A stretch of 64,000 nucleotides of DNA from Caulobacter sp. Lineage in GTDB: Bacteria; Pseudomonadota; Alphaproteobacteria; Caulobacterales; Caulobacteraceae. Positions 22,813 to 30,091 of the stretch are shown here, piece after piece. Every line of letters begins with the position of its first letter. Position 1 is the first letter of the stretch. The notes below the pieces were generated by a model that had not been told where the DNA came from, did no database searches, and saw nothing but the letters and a program-made list of their open reading frames with translations. The stretch spans positions 9,269-73,268 of the forward strand of contig JBIICO010000002.1 of the NCBI GenBank assembly GCA_044238855.1, written 5' to 3'. The translations under genes were made by a program, and so were the position numbers.

Positions 22813-23701
22813 CGGCGTCCAAGAGCTTGGTGAACAGTTCGCCGTTGCCGATCCGGTTATGAGTCTCTCGCCACGCCATCTCGACCGCGTAGGGTGACAG
22901 GTGCTTTCCTGCCAGACGATGGTGGATACCGATCGCGGACCGACGCATTCGCGAGAAGAAGCTCTCAGCTTGGTTGGTGTTCGCTTCAGCGGTGGCGTAG
23001 CCGAACTTCGAGTGATTGATCCGCGACATTTCGTGCGTCGCTTCTAGATCATTCCAGGCGCTGGCCTCATCCGCGAAAACGTGGGCCGTCTTGCTAATGT
23101 TGGCGAGAAGCGTGTTGTAGGCATCTACTTCCCTCGGCACGACAAACGCTCGGGTCTCGCCCTTGCGCTGCTTCATAACCACGACGGTCCGCCGATCTTT
23201 TTCCACCACCATCGAGTGGCGTCGTTTCGCCACCTCGTTCTTCTTCCGGCGCTTGCCGCCAAACCCGGCGCCGTCGATCTCGACTTCCCCGGTGAGCAGA
23301 TGGGCGCGCACCACAAAGGACAAAGATTCTCGCATTTTGTGCTGTTGGACGAAGATCGACTTCGCTTGGACATCCAGCGTTCGGGACATCTCCAGTGCAG
23401 CCCGCCCCTTCGCTCCGTTGACGAAGTGGCCCATAGCATAGAGGTAGTCTCGGAGTTCTAGTTTGTGGTGACCGAAAGGGGTCCCAGACGTAGGCGAGAA
23501 CTGACGCCGGCAGGCGGCACACTTGAAGATTCGGACCTTCTTCACGCCGCTCTTAAGTCGGCGGTTGATAGTCATCTCGTAGATGCGGTCGCCTCCGCAG
23601 CCCTTGTGCGGGCAAGTCGGCTTGCCGCCGTTTTCCTTCCAGCGACTGGCGATGAAGAGGTCAACCGCTTCGTCTTCCGACATCCGTCGGAGCCATTTCA
23701 T
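22748..23701 (-). CDS. IS1595-family DDE transposase (N-terminal zinc ribbon + ISXO2-like domain)
   Basis: MKWLRRMSEDEAVDLFIASRWKENGGKPTCPHKGCGG...FKCAACRRQFS zinc ribbon. Catalytic-region motifs VEIDGAGFGG, VFADEASAWNDL, NTNQAESFFSRMRR. Confidence 0.85.
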   Translation of the reverse strand: MKWLRRMSEDEAVDLFIASRWKENGGKPTCPHKGCGGDRIYEMTINRRLKSGVKKVRIFKCAACRRQFSPTSGTPFGHHKLELRDYLYAMGHFVNGAKGRAALEMSRTLDVQAKSIFVQQHKMRESLSFVVRAHLLTGEVEIDGAGFGGKRRKKNEVAKRRHSMVVEKDRRTVVVMKQRKGETRAFVVPREVDAYNTLLANISKTAHVFADEASAWNDLEATHEMSRINHSKFGYATAEANTNQAESFFSRMRRSAIGIHHRLAGKHLSPYAVEMAWRETHNRIGNGELFTKLLDAVSHSPQSRRWTNYWDYAGRPG

Positions 23702-23972
23702 ATCGAGCGTGCGCGCAGCAGCGGATTCCAGGAAGTGTCCACCGACACTTCCATCTGGCCTCCTCTTCCTGCGACGCGCTGAAGGCACGCGATTGCTCCG
23801 CCGTCGCCGGATGTGGCGACGTCGGGGCTAGTGCAGGAGTTGGACCCGCGTTTCGTGACTCAAGTGGCTGATTTTGCGCCAGATGTTGGCGTTCGACCGT
23901 CCGAAACGTGACTCCTTAGCCCACCTTCTGGCGGACCGAATCCGTGTCTCAAAAAGGAACGGTCAGAAGAGG

Positions 23973-24515
23973 CTATTGCGAAGCTCGGGCCACGCCCTTG
24001 CGCTTAGGCGGCTCCTCGAAATCGAACACATAATCGCCGCCCTGCACCTTCGCTTGCGCTTTCTTGAAGGCCCACTCGGGTGAAGGAGGAGAAGACATCC
24101 TGACGGCATCCATCCGATCCATCAGTGCCTCGAACTCCGCCTGGAATTCTTCGTATGGCGCCTGTGAGCGGATTTCGGCCGCTTGGCGGAAGCGGTCCCG
24201 AAGGTTGGTGAACTCTCCGGCAGATCGGGCTATCTCGACCACCTTCATGTCCATGTTCAGCGACACATAGATCGCTGGGAAGAACCCCGCCAACATGCCG
24301 CAGAATGCGCCGGCGAGCTTTCCGGCGTCTGAGCCAAATTCGAGAAGAATCTGTGAGCTAGCGAGGCCGCCCAGGATCACCGGCGCTATTAGGAACATGG
24401 CCCGCCAAGTGGTCGCGTGCTTCTGCCAGATGTAGAGCGCCGCGCTCGTATAGGTGCAGGACTCGGCTTGCCGTTTGCACTCTGCGATGAGGGGTTCGGT
24501 TCGAGGGTCGGTCAT
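23973..24515 (-). CDS. SLATT-like two-TM effector protein
   Basis: N-terminal helix with Cys (CKRQAESC), then two adjacent TM helices (WRAMFLIAPVILGGLASSQILL; LAGAFCGMLAGFFPAIYVSL) and a helical tail. The ATG overlaps the SMODS stop (ATGA). Confidence 0.7.
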   Translation of the reverse strand: MTDPRTEPLIAECKRQAESCTYTSAALYIWQKHATTWRAMFLIAPVILGGLASSQILLEFGSDAGKLAGAFCGMLAGFFPAIYVSLNMDMKVVEIARSAGEFTNLRDRFRQAAEIRSQAPYEEFQAEFEALMDRMDAVRMSSPPSPEWAFKKAQAKVQGGDYVFDFEEPPKRKGVARASQ

Positions 24516-25390
24516 GGGTACTTCGGGATGTAGGTTCCGAATATCTTCTGCCATTCGTCGCCGGCGCTACTCCAGTGCGAATTGGACTCGTAAGAGCAGG
24601 CCTTCTTAGCGCGTTCTAGAGCCGATTTTGCCTTCGATTCCCAGCCGCTCCCAACGCTCATGCCCTCACTGGTGCCAGGGGCGAAGACCCACCCACCCAC
24701 GTTGTTCACCATGTACTGGAGGAAGTCGCGCACCATCCAGTCGTAGTAAAGTTTGCCTTTCCCTCGGTGCTCCCAGCCGTTCAAGAACGTGACGGCCATA
24801 AGCTCGATGTGGAATGACTTTATTGGCACCGAACATTCGCTTTGCCAGCATTTCATCATGCGGACTAATTCGCGCGTGTTGCCCGACGTATTGGTGTTCG
24901 AAGTAGATATGTTTGTCGCCTCTGCGGCGTAATCCGCCTTCTTGTAGTGTCCGCCGCTGTCGGTCATGCAAACCCAATGACCGCCCCCTTCCAAGGCGAA
25001 CGCGGGAATCACCTCGACGTTGAAGGCGGTGAACGGCACAACGACGACCGGTCCATCCCCTCGGATCGCAGTGTTGGGGTAGGCGGCTGAAAGAACATTC
25101 CTGACCTCCTGAAGGAGTTGGGACTGCTTGTTGCCGAGGCGTAGCTGGTACCGATCGTACACAGCCCTTGGGAGCGAAAAGAGGATGTCGACATCCCGAG
25201 GCGGCCGTATCCGGGTCAGCTTCGCCCAAGACCCCACGAAGACGGAGTTCGCCGTCCTGTTGGTTGACGACCAGTAGTTCCAGTTCAGCGTGCCGACGAC
25301 GCTTTCACGCCTTTCGCCGCCTTTTGTAACTTGGTCAGGCGTCAAGGCGATGTTTTCCAGGAATGTTTCGAAGCGCGCCTTCACGCTCAT
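24512..25390 (-). CDS. SMODS-type nucleotidyltransferase (CD-NTase-like second-messenger synthase)
   Basis: N-terminal FETFLENIALT, the pol-beta NTase signature GSWAKLTRIRPPRDVDILF (GS...DxD) and a third acidic residue in NVEVIPAF. About 292 aa. Confidence 0.75.
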   Translation of the reverse strand: MSVKARFETFLENIALTPDQVTKGGERRESVVGTLNWNYWSSTNRTANSVFVGSWAKLTRIRPPRDVDILFSLPRAVYDRYQLRLGNKQSQLLQEVRNVLSAAYPNTAIRGDGPVVVVPFTAFNVEVIPAFALEGGGHWVCMTDSGGHYKKADYAAEATNISTSNTNTSGNTRELVRMMKCWQSECSVPIKSFHIELMAVTFLNGWEHRGKGKLYYDWMVRDFLQYMVNNVGGWVFAPGTSEGMSVGSGWESKAKSALERAKKACSYESNSHWSSAGDEWQKIFGTYIPKYP

Positions 25391-25529
25391 GGTGTTTTCT
25401 CGCTGCGAGGGAAGAAAGCGAATCGGCATCACTCGATTTTACCTCAACACAACCTACCGGCGCGAATCCGCACAGACTCGCACAGATAGAAGGGGCTGCT
25501 GGTGACGTGATCGTCGCCAGGAGGACCGT

Positions 25530-26267
25530 CTAGGAATCAGTCGAACCCGGCACGTACAATTTGGCGAGCTTGGCGACCTCCTCGACGCTGATAACGGCGC
25601 CTGGGTCTCGCTGAGAAAACATCGTGTCGAAGAGCGCGTGGATCACAGGCTCGATATCCGGGATCGGCGTGTCGAGATTACGCGCGAACGCGGTTCTGAT
25701 CCGCTGACCCGGCTCCACCTGCCGCACTAACATTTGAAACTCATGCCGGGGCGGCAACACGGTATCGCTGTAGTCGGAAGGCAGCGTCTCCGCCTCCCCA
25801 GGGAACGCTGGCCTGAGACGATGCGACCGGTCTCGGTTCTCAGCGAACCATGCCGCATCATCGGATTTCCATAGTGAAGGCAGCACGTTGACAGAGGACC
25901 GGGCCGTGGAAATGCCTGCTCGGTTTGACGCATCATCGGCCACGGCGTCGACGTTGGCGAAGAAGGTTTGGAACGCATCGACGGCGCCTTCGATATCTTC
26001 TGGCTTCTTCCGCTTCTTGCTTACCGGCTGGGCAATTCCCGACAGAACGTCGTACGTGCGGCCCACGTAGAGGCCTTGTCCGACGCCGTACTCCAGCCTT
26101 GGAAGGCAGCACTCACCAAGGACGACGGCCGTCCCTGCGGTGCTCCGTCCGTAGAAAGTCTTCTCGTTGTGCTGGAAAGGCCGGCGACAGATGTTGCAGT
26201 TGTCGCCATCCGACTGGATGACCTTTTTGATCTCGCGATCAATCCGACGACGCTCCGCTCGGTTCAT
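25530..26267 (-). CDS. hypothetical Cys-rich protein
   Basis: ATG at 26267 is preceded by GGAGG 8 nt upstream. MNRAERRRIDREIKK...CNICRRPF...GECCLPRL. No family recognised. Confidence 0.6.
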   Translation of the reverse strand: MNRAERRRIDREIKKVIQSDGDNCNICRRPFQHNEKTFYGRSTAGTAVVLGECCLPRLEYGVGQGLYVGRTYDVLSGIAQPVSKKRKKPEDIEGAVDAFQTFFANVDAVADDASNRAGISTARSSVNVLPSLWKSDDAAWFAENRDRSHRLRPAFPGEAETLPSDYSDTVLPPRHEFQMLVRQVEPGQRIRTAFARNLDTPIPDIEPVIHALFDTMFSQRDPGAVISVEEVAKLAKLYVPGSTDS

Positions 26268-26392
26268 GAAGCAAGCCTCCGAAGAATGGGCGACCCAGCT
26301 AGAGGCCGGGTCGCCCACATGTTATTCCGGTTGAGCGTAAGACCCGACTCTTCCCCGATGCGCTGTTTTTCAACGCTACAAGGAAAAAAGCC

Positions 26393-26524
26393 ATGTCTTA
26401 CACCTTCCAGATCGGACGAGATGCCGAGACGGGGGAATTTATTCCCCTCTCTGAAGCCCGTCGTCGCAAGACGACGGCGGTAGTCGAAACGATCAAGGTG
26501 ACGAAGCCGAAGCGCAAGCGCTAA
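26393..26524 (+). CDS. small basic protein (43 aa), paralog of 29092..29217
   Basis: MSYTFQIGRDAETGEFIPLSEARRRKTTAVVETIKVTKPKRKR. Too short for the ORF track. About half its residues are identical to the second copy. A hairpin follows it. Confidence 0.5.
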   Translation: MSYTFQIGRDAETGEFIPLSEARRRKTTAVVETIKVTKPKRKR

Positions 26525-26610
26525 GGCGGGACGCACGGCGGCAGCCAGCTACACCTGGCTGTCGCCACTTGACTCCCCAGAGTGGCAGATTTCCCTTAAA
26601 AGTCAAGAAA

Positions 26611-26829
26611 TTAGGTGAATTCCGGTCGCTGTAGAAGCGCCAGTGGATCAACTCCTAGAACCTGGGCGAACCGTTCCACGACATCCAGGGTCGGGTTTCG
26701 AGTGCCCCGCTCGATCTGACCGACATAGGTGACGGCAAGCTCGACCTCGTCGGCCAACGCCTCTTGGCTCAGCCCGCGTTCCTTACGCAGCCGGCGGACA
26801 TTGGTCCCGAAAATCTGCCCCAATCGCAT
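26611..26829 (-). CDS. XRE-family helix-turn-helix transcriptional regulator
   Basis: 72 aa. ...RRLRKERGLSQEALADEVELAVTYVGQIERGTRNPTLDVVERFAQVLGV is a classic Cro/C1-type HTH. Confidence 0.88.
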   Translation of the reverse strand: MRLGQIFGTNVRRLRKERGLSQEALADEVELAVTYVGQIERGTRNPTLDVVERFAQVLGVDPLALLQRPEFT

Positions 26830-26863
26830 CAGGGCAGGCGCAACGAATCCTCAACTCACAGCC

Positions 26864-26879
26864 AGTCACTATAGTGACT
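26864..26879. promoter_or_regulatory. perfect 16-bp palindrome AGTCACTATAGTGACT (candidate XRE operator)
   Basis: Centred in the 75-bp divergent intergenic region between the XRE gene and 26905..27441. Contains a TATAGT -10-like core. Confidence 0.55.
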
Positions 26880-26904
26880 ATTCAATCTGGGGTGAGGGTT
26901 TGGG

Positions 26905-27441
26905 ATGCCAACGGCGAGACGAGGCGATTGGGCCGGGAAAATCCTAGGCTTCTTCTTCGGCGCCACGATCCTCGTGGTCGTCTCAATCTTCGTCATCGAT
27001 CGTGCGACCGCGATCCTGACACCGAAGCAGTACGCAGCCTCAAAGGCGATGGAGAATGCGGAGGCGGCAGCAGCCAGCGCGCAACAGGCCGAGGTGCAGC
27101 GGAAGGCGGACGCCGCGCAAGCCAAGCGAGACGAAGCCCAACGGAAAGAGGAACTCGTCTTCAACCTCGCATCGGACGCGTTCTCGAACTTCAAGAGTTC
27201 GCTGCGTGATCCGAGAGGGGCGCAGTTCCGGGATGTCTGGGCGGTAAGGGGTCAGCTAAACGGCACGGAGATCATCGCGGCCTGCGGCGTGGTCAACGCG
27301 CAGAACGCCTTCGGTGGCTATACCGGTGAGACGCCCTTCATGGCCGCTGGCAGCTTCATCTACACGCCTGACCATCCGAGTTTCGAGGCCCGGTTTCAGA
27401 CCATTTGTCTGGACGGCAAGAAAGTCATGAAGTTGAAGTAG
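26905..27441 (+). CDS. membrane-anchored hypothetical protein
   Basis: N-terminal TM helix (ILGFFFGATILVVVSIFVI), an Ala/Gln/Lys-rich coiled linker, and a C-terminal domain with LRDPRGAQFRDV...ACGVVNAQNAFGGYTG. Confidence 0.65.
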   Translation: MPTARRGDWAGKILGFFFGATILVVVSIFVIDRATAILTPKQYAASKAMENAEAAAASAQQAEVQRKADAAQAKRDEAQRKEELVFNLASDAFSNFKSSLRDPRGAQFRDVWAVRGQLNGTEIIAACGVVNAQNAFGGYTGETPFMAAGSFIYTPDHPSFEARFQTICLDGKKVMKLK

Positions 27442-27475
27442 CGCGTCGAAGGCCTTCCGTTTGAGCGCAGTCGCG

Positions 27476-28864
27476 ATGAAACCAGATCGGCTCGCAGACG
27501 ATAAGGCGGCGGCGCAATACCTGCGCATGTCCACGACAAACCAGCGCTACTCAATTGCGAACCAAGCACGCGCCATCGCTGCCTACGCGGAAGAGCACGG
27601 CTATCGGATCGTCCGCACGTACAAAGACGCGGGAAAGAGCGGCCTAACTCTGAAAGGGCGAGATGGCCTAAAGGCGCTTATCCAAGACGTCGTGAGCGGG
27701 AAGGCCCCGTACTCCTCGATCCTCGTGCTCGACGTCAGTCGGTGGGGGCGCTTTCAGGACCCCGATCAGGCCGCGCACTATGAATTCCTATGCCGTGAGG
27801 CCGGCGTTCGAGTCAGGTATTGCGCTGAACCGTTCGACGATTCGAACGCACCCATGACGTCGATCATCAAACACATGAAGAGGGTCATGGCTGGAGAGTA
27901 CAGCCGTGAACTTTCGGAGAAAGTGGGGGCGGGCCGTCGACGTATCGCCAGGATGGGGTTCGTCGCTGGTGGGACCGCCTGCTACGGCTTTCGCCGCCTG
28001 CTCATCGACCAGGATGGAAAGCCTCGCTTCATGCTCGATACCGGACAACGCAAGGCATTGAGTTCGGACAGGGTGATCTTTGTCCACGGGCCACCCGAGG
28101 AGATCGCTGTAATTCGCCGAATCTTCCGGATGTACATCACCGATCGATTGCGGATGACCGCCATATCGCGCCGCCTCAATGACGGCGGAATCCCCTCAAG
28201 TTTGGGACATGCCTGGACCGCCGCGAGGGTGAAAACCGTCCTCACAAGCGAACTATGCATCGGCAACTACGTGTTCAACCGAACGGCTATGCGCTTGAAG
28301 GGGAAGCGCAAGACGCTGCCCGAACGAGATTGGATACGGGTCAAGATGATGGACCCGATCATCTCACGCCATCAGTTCAACGCGACCGCGAAGCTTCTCA
28401 AGCTGGGGCAGGTCGGAAAGGTGCTTCGGTCCAACGCCGAGCTTCTCGATCTCCTCCGGCGGCTACTGAAAGAGAAGGGAAGGCTATCCGCCGGAATCCT
28501 GTCGGCCTGCCCTTACACACCGTCGGCAGGCGGCTATCGTGAGCGGTTTGGATCACTCTCCAGGGCCTATGGGTTGATCGGCTACCAGAAGGAATGGGGC
28601 ATGTCGTTCAGGACCAAGGAGGGACGCGTAGCCTCCAATGAGGACCTTCTTGATGCGATGAAACGCCTGTGGAGCCGGCGCGGCTATCTTTCGACAGCGG
28701 TCATTCGCGATGACCCCGACCTTCCAGGGATTAGCTGTATTCAGAAGCGTTTCGGGTCGCTTCGTGATGTCTACGCCCTAATCGGACACCCCGTCTCGCA
28801 CAGCGAAATCATCACGGCGACACATGCCCGGAACCGAGCCATCCGTGCGGCGGCTGCCCGATAA
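27476..28864 (+). CDS. large serine recombinase
   Basis: Resolvase catalytic domain (AAQYLRMSTTNQRYSIANQ..., catalytic Ser), a recombinase domain, and a tandem C-terminal ~50-aa repeat ending RFGSL..Y.LIG. ATG 27476 (TTG 27461 is possible). Confidence 0.88.
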   Translation: MKPDRLADDKAAAQYLRMSTTNQRYSIANQARAIAAYAEEHGYRIVRTYKDAGKSGLTLKGRDGLKALIQDVVSGKAPYSSILVLDVSRWGRFQDPDQAAHYEFLCREAGVRVRYCAEPFDDSNAPMTSIIKHMKRVMAGEYSRELSEKVGAGRRRIARMGFVAGGTACYGFRRLLIDQDGKPRFMLDTGQRKALSSDRVIFVHGPPEEIAVIRRIFRMYITDRLRMTAISRRLNDGGIPSSLGHAWTAARVKTVLTSELCIGNYVFNRTAMRLKGKRKTLPERDWIRVKMMDPIISRHQFNATAKLLKLGQVGKVLRSNAELLDLLRRLLKEKGRLSAGILSACPYTPSAGGYRERFGSLSRAYGLIGYQKEWGMSFRTKEGRVASNEDLLDAMKRLWSRRGYLSTAVIRDDPDLPGISCIQKRFGSLRDVYALIGHPVSHSEIITATHARNRAIRAAAAR

Positions 28865-29091
28865 GCGCCTGGGCCACCGACGCCGTCGTACTGCCGGTCG
28901 TCACCACTCAGCCATCGCAAAGGAAGCAATCGACAACATGGTTCGGGAACGGGTTGCAGCCGTCGCCGCCCGCCCGGCGTGAAACGCCTCGGGCCGAATG
29001 TCGTTACTTTGCGGATTCACAGGAAGAATCGACTGCGCTACTGAAAGGGCGGCGCCCCGGCTGCACACCAAAGACGCCGCCCCCGTGACCA

Positions 29092-29217
29092 CTAGCTCTT
29101 ACGCTTTGTGGGCACCTTCACAGTCTGGACGTAAGCCGTCGCCTTGCGGCGGTTAGCTTCCGCAACCGGAATGATCTTCCCGGTCTTGGCGTCCTTCCCG
29201 ATCTGACGGGTAGCCAT
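29092..29217 (-). CDS. small basic protein (41 aa), paralog of 26393..26524
   Basis: MATRQIGKDAKTGKIIPVAEANRRKATAYVQTVKVPTKRKS. GGAGG lies about 10 nt upstream, and a GC hairpin (29047..29082) followed by a T-run lies downstream. Confidence 0.6.
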   Translation of the reverse strand: MATRQIGKDAKTGKIIPVAEANRRKATAYVQTVKVPTKRKS

Positions 29218-29379
29218 TTGCACATCACCTCCAATCCGGGGCCGTTGCCCCTCGTCACAGGCTCAGACCTGTGGATTGAGTGATCGCGTCCAGCGACTCG
29301 CCAGACGCGTCTTTTAGCGACCTTCGTCGGAAAAGTTGAGTCGGAGCAAAACCTTGGTCCTCATCGACCTTTGGTGCAC

Positions 29380-29556
29380 CTACCCCACGAGATTGATTAG
29401 GCGCCGAGCAACTTCGCCCCGCTCGATGCCCCGGACAACGACCTGACCGTCGCGAATACCGACGTAGCCCTCCCCACCCGCGTAGGCCGGTGCGATCAGA
29501 TAAGTCCGCCGGCCGCGCGTGAAGCGGATCGGTTCCGGGAGTCGGGGCCGGATCAT
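29380..29556 (-). CDS. hypothetical 58-aa protein
   Basis: The ATG overlaps the stop of 29553..30014 (ATGA). MIRPRLPEPIRFTRGRRTYLIAPAYAGGEGYVGIRDGQVVVRG... No family recognised. Confidence 0.4.
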   Translation of the reverse strand: MIRPRLPEPIRFTRGRRTYLIAPAYAGGEGYVGIRDGQVVVRGIERGEVARRLINLVG

Positions 29557-30014
29557 TGGTCCAACTCCCAGCCCTGAAGGTTGCCCAGGTTCTCCGCGTT
29601 TCGGACCAAACCCTTCTGCTTCTGGACCCTCAGGCAGGCGCAGATTCGCCTCACCATGATCACCGACAACTCCCTGTCATCGGGGTTCAGGCCGCGCTCC
29701 TTCATCAGCCGCAACGCGATGTCGCGGGAAGTGAGAGGCTCCTTTGCCTCCCGAAGCGCCTTGAAGACGATCCGCGTCACCTCACCCTTAAAGGCGGCGT
29801 GCCTGGGCGGCACCGGCTTCGAGCGGATCGCTTGGATGTCGATGTCGGGATTGAAGATGCGGATCGCTGCGTCGATGTGATCGAGTTCGGCGATCAGATG
29901 CCGGAGCGCGAGTTGGTTGTGCTCGATCTGGCCGGCGATCTCAGCACGCTTTCTTGTGAGGGCGTACAGGACGTTTGGCTGCTCGGTACCGGGCGGGACA
30001 ATGTCGATGTTCAT
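29553..30014 (-). CDS. hypothetical protein, end-proximal and inward-facing (paralog of 22270..22812)
   Basis: 153 aa from ATG 30014, about 70 nt inside the right inverted repeat. Same two-part architecture as the left-end ORF. Confidence 0.65.
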   Translation of the reverse strand: MNIDIVPPGTEQPNVLYALTRKRAEIAGQIEHNQLALRHLIAELDHIDAAIRIFNPDIDIQAIRSKPVPPRHAAFKGEVTRIVFKALREAKEPLTSRDIALRLMKERGLNPDDRELSVIMVRRICACLRVQKQKGLVRNAENLGNLQGWELDQ

Positions 30015-30056
30015 TCCCAAAAACGTAACGGGAACAAACGATTAGGCTAGATGCCC

Positions 30057-30083
30057 TTTGGGTGTGTTTGCTACCGGATTCCG
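30057..30083. repeat. terminal inverted repeat, right
   Basis: TTTGGGTGTGTTTGCTACCGGATTCCG is the reverse complement of 22207..22233. Confidence 0.92.
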
Positions 30084-30091
30084 CTGAACTC
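30084..30091. repeat. target-site duplication, right copy (CTGAACTC)
   Basis: Identical to 22199..22206. Confidence 0.9.

Larger units (their letters stand above)
22207..30083. mobile_element. 7,877-bp transposon-like element (IS1595-family transposase plus passenger genes) inserted in comM
   Basis: 27-bp perfect terminal inverted repeats and an 8-bp direct duplication. Hand-counted 60-nt lines give about 48-50% GC inside (24781, 28321) and about 77% at 33001 in the flank. Deleting it restores comM. Confidence 0.88.

Noticed and set aside
22700-23970. A simple ~1.1-kb IS1595-type insertion sequence with its own inverted repeats around the transposase gene
   Set aside because: I compared sequences flanking 22748..23701 in both orientations and found no convincing inverted repeats, only chance 6-8-nt matches such as CTAGCC or the partial similarity of CCGAATCCG at ~23931 to the outer repeat. 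This needs computational confirmation.
26264-26536. 90-aa minus-strand ORF
   Set aside because: It has no RBS and an odd composition. It overlaps the better-supported 43-aa + strand ORF, which has a paralog elsewhere in the element.
27476-28864. The serine recombinase as the integrase that put the island into comM
   Set aside because: Serine integrases give att sites with a 2-bp crossover and no long terminal inverted repeats. The observed 27-bp repeats plus 8-bp duplication are the footprint of DDE transposition.
28901-29092. 63-aa minus-strand ORF, and 23874..24083 (+)
   Set aside because: No RBS and no similarity. 28901..29092 overlaps the terminator hairpin of the small basic ORF, and 23874..24083 overlaps the SLATT gene 3' end.
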